Assembly (NCBI GenBank): GCA_030141605.1
Contig: JAQGDQ010000098.1
Span: 310,001-374,000 of the forward strand
Length of the DNA stretch: 64,000 bases
Direction: 5' to 3'
Source of the DNA: Tubiluchus corallicola
Taxonomy: Eukaryota > Animalia > Priapulida
Positions 12,091 to 22,400 of this stretch are shown here, piece by piece. Positions within the stretch are counted from its first letter, which is position 1. Each line of letters starts with the position of its first letter. The notes beneath the pieces are model-generated. The model saw only the letters and a list, made by a program, of their open reading frames with translations, did no database searches and had not been told where the DNA came from. Made by a program: the position numbers and the translations under genes.

Positions 12091-13293
12091 ATATCCCACT
12101 GAGAATAAATTGCAGAGCCAAACTAAAAGGACAGCGGTGCATTGGCCAGCTCTGCAGTTCAGTGCCAGTTCCCAAAACGCTTTGTTCGTTTAGTGCCACA
12201 CCTTAGATGATTTTGCCTGATATTAACTAGATAGCGTTCTTACCATACATTAGGTTAGGCTGTGCGATTCAGTACCAGATCCCGACTTGCTAGGTGCCAA
12301 TGTACAAAAAAAACGATGATAAAAAAATTCTTAAATTATTGATGTCACTTTTGTGACTACCACTCGCTATGGCTCATCAGCGCTAAAAAGTTTTAGCATT
12401 TGCAATGTTTTAACTTTTACCATAGTTTCCCGAGAATTATGGTAGATCCCACACTTAAAACTTATTGGATCTATTATGTTTCTGTGTAAACTAACGTGTT
12501 ATAGAATTGTCCTTTGTCCACTTCGCTCTTTTTCGGTAGTTTTATTGTGACCAAAACTACCCAGAAACAAAAAAGTTCCTAGTGATCACTCATCGAATTA
12601 CTAACAAGGCCTGATGTTGTTAAACTTTCACAATCAATCAGACGTTGCGAAAAGCTCACTTATTCCAATCCCTATGCTCGCGCTGCTATAATTCGCATTG
12701 TTTTTGAACAAAATCTACGCGGTAGGCCTACTAAAAGTAAAATTAAATAAAGGAAAAAACTGATTAAAGAAAAACAGTAATTAAATTAATTAACACGGTA
12801 GGAAGCAATGATTATTATCAGTAATTTAAAGATATGCGTGACAACTAAAAATTTCAATTATTGACATATTTTAGGTATTCAAAAATGCATGAACTAACTT
12901 GAAAGGCTACGAACCAAACAAAGGTCAACGTTAGATGACTGTAAGAAATACGCTGCAGGGTATACATGTAATACATTCGACATGCATTGTCTCAACAGCT
13001 TTTGGCATTGTATGTATTAAAAAAAATGCTTAAACTGATGAAAAGATTTTCCTTTTGTATTCAGAGACGATCAATATTGACTCAAAATCAGTGACCATTT
13101 TGCAAAGAATTTTAACGAAGCAGTTTGATGTTGACCAGTTTTAGTATTTATCTTTGATAGGAAGCTTTATCGTTTTCACTAACCTAAGAGTGCATTGTTT
13201 TATTATTAACACATAAAGTTGCGCTGGCAACATACAATAGACGTAAATTGCGGTAACCTTGAAGAAATTTATTTATCAGAATTCGTTTAGTCT

Positions 13294-16200
13294 TTATTTT
13301 TGTTCATATTTATTTACTAATTCTCCAAGCATATCCATAGCACTTTTCAGTTCTGATACAGACATTATTTGTGTACCACACTTAGCACCACACCTTCCGT
13401 CGCACATCTGTAGGTGAATGTGTTCTGCGTTATTAAAATCTAGAGCAGACTTGACGTTCCTAGCTGCACAAGACTTTGCTGTAAGTGGTGGCGTTGAACA
13501 GCTTTTATATCTTCTAATAGGCAAGCATGACCGCCAACCAGTCTTCTGCTCTACAGAAATGGTTGAAACTGAAGCATCAGAACTTTCATCACTAATGTCA
13601 GGAAGACATAAAGCTGCATCTGAATCCATTTTATCTTCAGAGTGATCAGCAGTATAAGTTTGATTTATAAAAGGTACATCTGCCACACTTCCATGGAGTC
13701 TAATATTGTGCATTTTGTTTTTTGAAATGTGAGGGAAACATAGAGCTGTGTCTGAATCCATTTTATCTGCTGAGCAGCCTATAACATTTGCTGTATTTAC
13801 AAGAGTTATATCTTCTGCACTTCCATAGAGTATAATATTCTGATTGTCGCTTTTTGAAATGTCAGGGAGACCCAGAACTTCGTCTGAATCCATTTTGTCT
13901 ACTGGTGACATTGAAAAACTTTTACGACTTCTAATAGGCAAGCATGACCTCCACACACTCCTTTGGTTTTTGGAAGCATCTGTTACCGAAACGTCAGAAC
14001 TTTCTTTACTAATGTAAGGAAGACACAGAGCTGCATCTGAATCCATTTTACCTGCTGAGTAACCGCCATCATCAGCTATTTGTACAAAAGGGGTATCTAC
14101 TACACTTCCATGAAACCTAATGTTCTGTATTTTGTTTTTTGAAATGCTAGGGAGACATAGAGTTGTATCTGAATCCATTGTATCTGCTGAGTACCTTCCA
14201 ACGTCTGCTGTTTTTACGAGGGTTACATCATCTACACTTCCATAGACTATGACATTCTGATTGTTGCTTTCTGAAATGTCAGGGAGACCCAGAACTTCGT
14301 CTGAATCCATTTTGTCTACTGGTGACATTGAAAAACTTTTACGACTTCTAATAGGCAAGCATGACCTCCACACACTCCTTTGGTTTTTGGAAGCATCTGT
14401 TACCGAAACGTCAGAACTTTCTTTACTAATGTAAGGAAGACACAGAGCTGCATCTGAATCCATTTTACCTGCTGAGTAACCGCCATCATCAGCTATTTGT
14501 ACAAAAGGGGTATCTACTACACTTCCATGAAACCTAATGTTCTGTATTTTGTTTTTTGAAATGCTAGGGAGACATAGAGTTGTATCTGAATCCATTGTAT
14601 CTGCTGAGTACCTTCCAACGTCTGCTGTTTTTACGAGGGTTACATCATCTACACTTCCATAGACTATGACATTCTGATTGTTGCTTTCTGAAACGGCAGG
14701 AAGACATAGCGCTGCGTCTTGTCTAGTTTTGTCTACTTCCTCTTCTGTTGATGGCACTAAACAACTTTTAGGTCTTTTCATAGGCAGGCATGACCTCCAC
14801 ACACTCCTTTGCTTTTCAGAAGGATCTAATACCGACGTGTCAGAACTTTTGTCACTAATTTCAGGAAAACATGCAACCATTGTGTCTGTAGAGTAACTGC
14901 CAACATCTGCTACTTTTACAGGTGGTGCGTCTACTATACTTCCGTGAAGTATAATGTTCGACGTTTTACTTTTTGACGTATCGTACATCATTGTTTTACA
15001 AGTTTGCCCTTGAATGCTCGTGTTTGGAAAACAAAGTGTAAGATCCGTATCTACTTGATCATATTGTGAATATCCTCTTTTTCTGTGCTGAGCTGGCATA
15101 TCTTCGTTACTTTCATGAAACATAATGCTCGGAACTTGCTTTTCATTGCTCCTACTCAGAAAACACAGTGCCACATCTCTATCTATTTGATCAGCTGAAT
15201 ATTGTGAATTTGCCCTACTTCTTTGTGGAATTGGCATCTCTGGTATGCTTTCATAAACCATGATGTTTGAAACTTCTTTTTCTGGAGTACTTTCTATCAC
15301 TGTTTCACTGGTTTGCCTTGTTGTGCTCTCTTTCAGACAACAAGGTGCAAGGTCTGCATCTATTTGATCAGCTGAATATTGTGAATACCTTTTTTCTCGG
15401 TGCTGAGCTGGCAGATCTTCTGTACTTTCATGAAACATAATGCTCGGAACTTCTTCAAAAACTTGCTTTTCATTGCTCCTACTCAGAAAGCACAGTGCCA
15501 CATCTCTATCTATTTGATCAGCTGAATATTGTGAATTTGCCCTACTTCTTTGTGGAATTGGCATCTCTGGTATGCTTTCATAAACCATGATGTTTGAAAC
15601 TTCTTTTTCTGGAGTGCTGTCTATCACTGCTTCACTGGTTTGCCTTGTTGTGCTCTCTTTCAGACAACAAGGTGCAAGGTCTGCATCTATTTGATCAGCT
15701 GAATATTGTGAATACCTTTTTTCTCTGTGCTGAGCTGGCAGATCTTCTGTACTTTCATGAAACATAATGCTCAGATGTTCTTCAAAAACTTGCTTTTCAT
15801 TGCTCCTACTCAGAAAGCACAGTGCCACATCTCTATCTATTTGATCAGCTGAATATTGTGAATTTGCTCTACTTCTTTGTGGAATTGGCATCTCTGGTAT
15901 GCTTTCATAAACCATGATGTTTGAAACTTCTTTTTCTGGAGTGCTGTCTATCAATGCTTCACTGGTTTGCCTTGGTGTGCTCTCTTTCAGACAACAAGGT
16001 GCAAGGTCTGCATCTATTTGATCAGCTAAATATTGTGAATACCTTTTTTCTCTGTGCTGAGCTGGCGGTTCTTCTGTACTTTCATAAAGCATAATATTTG
16101 GGACTTCACTTTTTGGAATTTCGTCTATTATCTTTACACCTAAAATTTCATCATAAACTTTTTCGTTTTCTTCCCTAACTTTATGTTCATTGCTGTTACT

Positions 16201-17294
16201 TTTTGAAATTTTAGCATCAGTTATTACATCTACTTCATACTTCAGCACTAATTTTTGAAGGGCATCCTTTGCACTTTTTAAACCTGATAAAGACATTATT
16301 GGTATGTCATAATCTGATGTACAATTTCCATCATGACAACTCAAGAGATGAATGTGGCCAGAATTACTCAAACCAGGATAAATCTTAATATTTCTAATTG
16401 GATGTGTCATCTCCAGTTTCGACTGTGAGTCTTTGGCATCAATAATTTTACCTGATTTTGTCTCAACTACTATGCATTCCATTTTTGAATCGTTTTTAAA
16501 GTCTTTATTAGGTAATCGTGCACACAGAAGAAAACCAGACCTGTCTGCATCACCATCACAAAGACAAAGAGATACGTCCAACTCCATTGTGTCGGCCGTG
16601 AAATTTTCCATAGGCTTTTTAAGTTGTATGTCCTCTCTACTTTCATAAAATTTATTTTTTGCAGCATTTTTTGAAAACAGCTGTCCCTTACTTGGACTAG
16701 CTGAATCAGACATCGTGAGCATTGATTCTTTAAAATCAGAAGATGCAGGTGAACTCAAGTCTTCTTTGCTAGCATGAGTAATTGGGAAAACTCGAAGGAC
16801 ATCTTCCATAACTGGTCCTTTGGTACATTTGGGCGAGTGCATTGCATTTACAACTTCATCAAATATTACTTCATTGGGCTCTTTGCAGGCTCTCATGCTT
16901 TCAGTCTCACTGTAACTGCCATCATTAATCACGGCTATCTTGTCATTACTGTCTGATAATGGTACATCATCTTCTTTATTAGTAGAAATTATAAACGTTC
17001 CAGTAGATATCGTTGCTTTACCTTTCACAGCTTGGCTATTCAGGTCATCTCCTAATGCAGCAGGTTTAGTTGCAAGATCATCAGCTGGTGTAGCTGACGT
17101 ATGCGTTATGATATGGTCTTTACTGCCTCTTTGCAGTTCCGATTGTCTTGGAATAGACGGACTTTCAAAAATAACTTTTATCTTCTGACTTCTGTTGTCA
17201 TCAGGCCAATTACATGCGCACTGTTCTGTGTTTTGACATTGACATTCATCATCTTGTGTGTCTTTCCTTCTAATTGTTGCACTTTCCCTTCTTT
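13294..17294 (-). CDS. 4.0 kb exon encoding an acidic Ser/Cys-containing tandem-repeat tail; predicted last exon of the DCDC2-like gene
   Basis: The frame stays open upstream of the listed GTG (17028) to a tttgcag acceptor at 17295-17296, phase 1. 1105+90+4001 = 5196 nt = 1731 aa + stop. Confidence 0.8.
13841..14690 (-). repeat. Coding tandem array, 417-bp (139 aa) unit, 2 near-identical copies plus diverged flanking units
   Basis: tgattgt(c/t)gc recurs at 13841, 14258 and 14675; gtcagggagacccagaac recurs at 13861 and 14278. Confidence 0.92.
15060..16105 (-). repeat. Coding tandem array, 327-bp (109 aa) unit, about 3.2 copies
   Basis: Marker tttcat(g/a)aa recurs at 15111, 15426, 15753 and 16080 (spacings 315, 327, 327; all multiples of 3). 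Confidence 0.92.
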
Positions 17295-17542
17295 CTGCAA
17301 ATATTATTCCAAATGTTACCTTTACACTAACAGTATTTTCAAGTTTTTTAAAACTTTATGTAAACCATATTTTGCACTAACCTGCAATATCATATGCAGT
17401 GCATCAAAATCTGCTCTGGAAATATAATCCGTGCCGTACAGTTTAATACAATGTTGATAACTTATTATAGAGTTGAGCATAACTTTTTAAAATCACAACA
17501 TGTTATAACTTTTATGAAATACCAGTAATGTCTAATGCTTAC

Positions 17543-17632
17543 TCTCTTTCTCAGTCACTAAAGTCTTTTCTTCTGTGCCACGTTTTAGTTCATTAGATGC
17601 AATTTCAGGAACTGTCTGATCCAATGTGTCCA
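17543..17632 (-). CDS. DCDC2-like gene, 90-nt exon 2 (predicted)
   Basis: tgtttcag acceptor and a|gtaagc donor, phase 1/1, open frame VDTLDQTVPEIASNELKRGTEEKTLVTEKE. Confidence 0.7.
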
Positions 17633-18215
17633 CTGAAACATACACAGCATTTAGTCAATTGCATTCTAAAGGCGCATGAACAACACTTGTTAGAACTAAT
17701 GTAACTTAAAAGAAATATTTATTAAGTTTCTGTTACCATTGGTAGGGTCAGCCAGCACTTTAAAGGTTTCCGTTTTGAATCTTACATTAAATGCATACGC
17801 TATACATCCCTTGGAGGGTAATTTAGTTTTGTACATTTGTCAAATACGTGGCGACTTTTCGAGAAAAAATTCGACGCTGCAAAAACTGTGCTTTGCTATT
17901 ACGTGTGCGTGTTTGGGCAACTTCTGGCATTCTCTGGCTGATCTATAGATAACTGAGATCAATCAATAGGCTTGCTACTTTTCTTAAAACAGACCAAAAC
18001 CGTCGTTCCAAAATGTTTCACATTTGTCCGAGCTTCAGCCTATTGCACGTACATTTATGTACTACCAATCGTCTTCGAGGCACATTCTCAGAATCATAAC
18101 TAGTTAAAAGTTTGAAAAACAGACAATAGCTCTACCTTATTTCAACAGAGATAGAGGAACACAAAACCATCAGTAATTCGCTTTGCCCCATCACATTATT
18201 AGATGTAATATTCAC

Positions 18216-19320
18216 CTTGGTGACTTCGCATGAGAAAGACTCCTCTGTTTTTTGCTTCTTCTTCGGTCTCGTCTGGATATAGCTGATCACTTAAAAGGTC
18301 TGCTACTACGTCTTCGGGAGGGGATGAATGGATTTCGCCTAGGTTTCTTTGGCCTTCGCTAATGCCCGAGTCTTTTGCCATAGCTTCTGAAGTTGCTCGA
18401 TATCCAAGGAAATCGACCATAGTAGCTGAGGTGTCATTAACTTCATTGGCACGTGAGACATTTGGACGGCGTTTCGCTTTGAATCTGTCAATTTCAGTTC
18501 TGCCATAATAGGGTTCTGCGTGCACTTGGCGTTTTTTGGAATACACGTTTGTATCTGGTTGCAACTTGCGTTGTTGTCGGCTTCCTTTAGCAGCGTTAAG
18601 TAATCGACGCTTAACTTTTTCTGATAAGCCTTTATAAGCGACAAGCTTGAAGAATTCCAGGCCAGCGGCTACATAAGATTCTCCAGATACAATCTCTTGA
18701 ACATCACGTATTCTCTTACCAGTTTCCATGTGATATAATCTCCTAACTGCTCCACTATTTAGAGTTAATTTTCTCGTAATTTGCTGAAGAACATAAGGCA
18801 AATTTCTCATATCACTTTCTAGCATGACCATCTTTATAGGGTCAAACGCCTCGTCCCCGTTTTTGTACACTTTTATGAATACAGGTATTTTGTTAAATAC
18901 ATTAGACCATCGAGCAGGAACCAGGCTGCCACGTGGACTGTGGACAACTGGCTGAACAAATTCAAATCGATTCTTCCTTGGCCGTTCAGCAGCTTTCCTG
19001 TATTCCTCAATTCGATCGTAACTCAATTGTTTAAAAGGTTCTCGGCCTCCTGCTACGTACTCCTTGCCAGACCGAATATCTTCCCACTTTCGTAAGCTTC
19101 TGCCTGACTTTGGGCTATATACGTTTCTCACTGCTCCAAAAACTGGCCGCAATTTCTGGGTAACTTCCTCCAGAAAGGCATCAAACGTGCGAATGTATCG
19201 ATGATTAAGAATAAATCTCTTCCCCTCGTGAAATCTGTCGCCGTTTATATATATTTTAACAGCTCTGACATCATCAGGCTTGTAGTTCATGGCCTCTTGA
19301 TAGACTAGCCAAAGCTTCAT
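18216..19320 (-). CDS. DCDC2: DCDC2-like protein, exon 1 with both doublecortin (DCX) domains; nested antisense in the junctophilin intron
   Basis: INGDRFHEGKRF...FGAVRNVYSPKSG...YVAGGREPFKQLSY, linker PVVHS, and NGD...TLNSGAVRRLY...YVAAGLEFFKLVAY are closest to DCDC2 motifs. g|gtgaat donor at 18215, phase 1. Confidence 0.88.
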
Positions 19321-19436
19321 TCAGCTTAGCATGCTGGTAAGACGGATATTTATTCTTTTCCCACCAATTCACGCTGTGGATTAACCACAACATGCTTGAC
19401 TTTGTTGGCACCCTCAGTCAGCCAAAAAACCATAAT

Positions 19437-19493
19437 GTTGCCTGAGAAACGGATTTTGTAGCTAGTAACTATCACTACCTTGACATGACGTCA
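19437..19493. promoter_or_regulatory. Candidate RFX X-box(es) and a perfect CRE upstream of the DCDC2-like ATG
   Basis: GTTGCCTGAGAAAC (19437-19450), GTAGCTAGTAAC (19458-19469) and TGACGTCA (19486-19493), 117-173 bp upstream of the start codon. Confidence 0.55.
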
Positions 19494-22400
19494 CGAAGAC
19501 ACGAATTTTAAAGCAGGGGCGTTTATATTCAAATAGCAATCACGATTGTGAGCAACACATATTTTCCCCTATTGAAATTCTTAGGAAAAAATGTTAATTC
19601 AAAAGCATTGTATGGAGAAATAAATTATTGTCTGCATAAATTCGTCATTTGCTTTAAAATTTCGTTTAAAAGCATTCGGTTCAACACTCTATTAACACGT
19701 TTCATTTGTTGTTAAAGGAAGACGGGATTTTTCATATATTGCTCCATTTTCAAGTCCGATAAAAAGTATACATTTTATACATTTTAACACAATTAATACT
19801 GGAAACGCGTTTTTGATAATTAAATAATAGATTGAAACTTAATTAACAGCAGGCGAGCCCAACTATTGATGACATCACAAACTAACAGCATTTTCAACAG
19901 CAAAAATATTCCACGAGCGTGTTGCACGTGCTCCCAAACTGTAAGATCTTCTGTGTGTTGCACTAAGACTAGGCAAGTTTTAAGATAAAAATTCAATTTT
20001 AAATTTACCACTGTGCTCACACATCTGTACTGAGAGGTACAGCACCTGTTTTTTGTGCAATGCGTTTCCGAAATGCAATCCGAAATTCCGTTAGTGCCCG
20101 TCTAACTAACGAATGGCGAAGTGCATGTAACAGCGAAGAACAAGGGGCGCGAAAGCGAAATTTTAATGTGTGTTAATAATTTTTTCACCTAAGTCATTTT
20201 TGAAAAAATAGTGTGTTTCCTTTCAAAATTTTAGCCTAAATAGATTGCTTTGACCTACAAAATAGATTGGGTCCGGTTTTGCTTTAAGTTGTAGCATGAT
20301 GATCTAGCTGGGATTAATAAAAATATAGCTGGTTGTTTCTTGGCACAGGTCATTGACAGGTGTCCATCTATTTGTGTTATTTTCCTGGCATATGTCTGCT
20401 AGGGTTGCACAGACTACATTTTCTGAAACTGTTTACAGTTTTCACAAATCTGTGTGTTGCTACCATTTGCATTTTATTGCGTTCGTCTGCCTGCCAGATT
20501 TGCCTAGATGACCATGACGTCACGAGTAAACTGGCTTCACTCCCTCGCACAGGCCGCTGAAAGATGATTTCAATATTCTTCAAAGGCATTTCACCATCGC
20601 AATTGCAAGTGAGTCAGTGTGGGAGATCAGTAGAATTAGACCTACTTCCACTTTCATGATTCTAAGAAACAATAATTGGTGAGTGTCTTTTGGTAATTCA
20701 TTTTCCTTCCACGGTACCTGGGTTTTACGAATTTAAATTTTTTCAAAGAATGGTTTATCTGTGATTGGCAGCTAATCAAGTAGTTTCCCTAACTAATTCT
20801 TTAACCAACCTGAAAAAACAAAATAACGAATGAAGACAGACGTATGTTCTGCCTTGTCAGCCACACCTTTTCCTGTATTGTAGGCAAGTTAAGTTGTCAA
20901 TTAAGTAGACCACAAAAAATAACGCCTTTACTTAATGAAAAAATAAAGAGGCAGTATTGGATACTTCATTTTCCGAAAAGTTCTAAAACTGTAAGCGCTC
21001 TGTTCAATAACTGCCCTTGTGATGCAACTGTTACAGGTTGTTACAGTAATAATGATATTTACCACATCCAGGGTCTTTTGGGCTCGCTGTTCTCATTAGG
21101 ATACGCTTCAATAATGATAATGCGCACAGGTGTGGTTGTAGGTACGAGAAGCATTTATTGCTTGCGCTTGTCGCACTGAAAACCTTCTGTTCGTGTCACA
21201 TAGCCCATTCAGCGTCGCTAATGAGCAAACAGTCTACCGTCTTATATAGTCACAATGCAGATTGAATGCTGCATTTCCAGAGGTGTGCTCTTACTTTCAA
21301 CAAAGTAACTGCAAGGAAATAAATTAATGCAATGTTACCGGGAAATTTGACGGCCTATAATAGATCTAATTAGCACAGCTTTGTAATGCGTGTCACAACT
21401 GTGTGATGCGAAGAAAGCGTTCAAGTACTACGTGCAACATTTTACTGTATGTAACAATCACTACAAGTACAATTACACGCCTGAAAATAGTGACACTACC
21501 GCTGCAGCTACAATTGCTGCATGAAAGTAGTGCGCTGCAACGACTTCTGACTCTAAGCATCGGTATGTACACTCTGCAAAATGTAGATAGCGCGTTAAAA
21601 GAACTAAGTGGTTAAGAGCTTAGATAATTAAATTGCTAAGTGGCAGCTAACAGAAACCCAAATACATGCACAAATTGCACCAAATTGTATCAAGGCTCCA
21701 GCAGTTCATTTGTGATTATAAACCAGACACTTGTTCGTCATTCACAAATAAACATAATAGTAAATTATTCATTACGATATTGTTTAATAAGACACTTACT
21801 ATTTTATGTCATGCTATAATCTGCTGTTCAAACTTCAAACATGTTTATTTGCTTTAAAAAATAATAATTTTTTAAGCTGTTGTCAGGCAGCAACAATTGT
21901 TCACTTTTGGGTGGAATACATTTTCCAAGAAAGTCTTGTTTCCCTGTGCCCGAGATTCAACTATAAATGCACAACTTGCTAATCTTGTGGAAGTCTGCAG
22001 CTGCTATGCCCTCAAGAATTAAATGTAGCCGTTATAGCGCTACTTTAAAAAGTGAAATTACAATTTACCGCTACTCATTTTAAAACTAGTGGCAGTACTC
22101 CAGCGCTACAGTAGTGACGCCACTACCCACATTGGCAATCACTAATTACTATAATATATCGAAAACATCTCAAATATTTTTTCGGAATTTTATTCATGTT
22201 TTAAAAAATGTTGAAGCATTCCCGAACTACGTATAATAATTATAATGGCACTGGCTACCCACCTGAATTATACGTTTTAACTTTCACCTGCTCGGAATAA
22301 GAAGGCCCTCGAAGAAATGCATACCCATGATAAACTTATGTTTTTTTGCCTATCTTGTTTTTTATTAGTACTGTACTATAGCTTAAGTTACGCAGACAAT

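Noticed and set aside
13841-16105. Regular repeats as a CRISPR or non-coding array
   Set aside because: Eukaryotic context, no unique spacers, and unit lengths are multiples of 3 within an open frame.
17383-17480. Short minus-strand ORF MLNSIISYQ...ILQ with a gttagt donor as an alternative first exon for the repeat ORF
   Set aside because: It is phase 0, incompatible with the phase-1 acceptor at 17295.
18216-19320. Calling the DCX gene RP1/RP1L1
   Set aside because: The architecture is RP1-like, but the residues (FGAVRNVYSP, YVAGG.E.FK, PVVHS, TL.SGAV.RLY) fit DCDC2 better.
20508-20678. Coding alternative JPH first exon near the second CRE
   Set aside because: The available ATGs hit stops or reach the donors in phase 0 or 2, not phase 1.
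21990-22136. gtagcg/cgctac-rich patch (and a gacttg-rich patch at about 50325-50392)
   Set aside because: Probably single hAT-MITE ends; too decayed to delimit and unremarkable.
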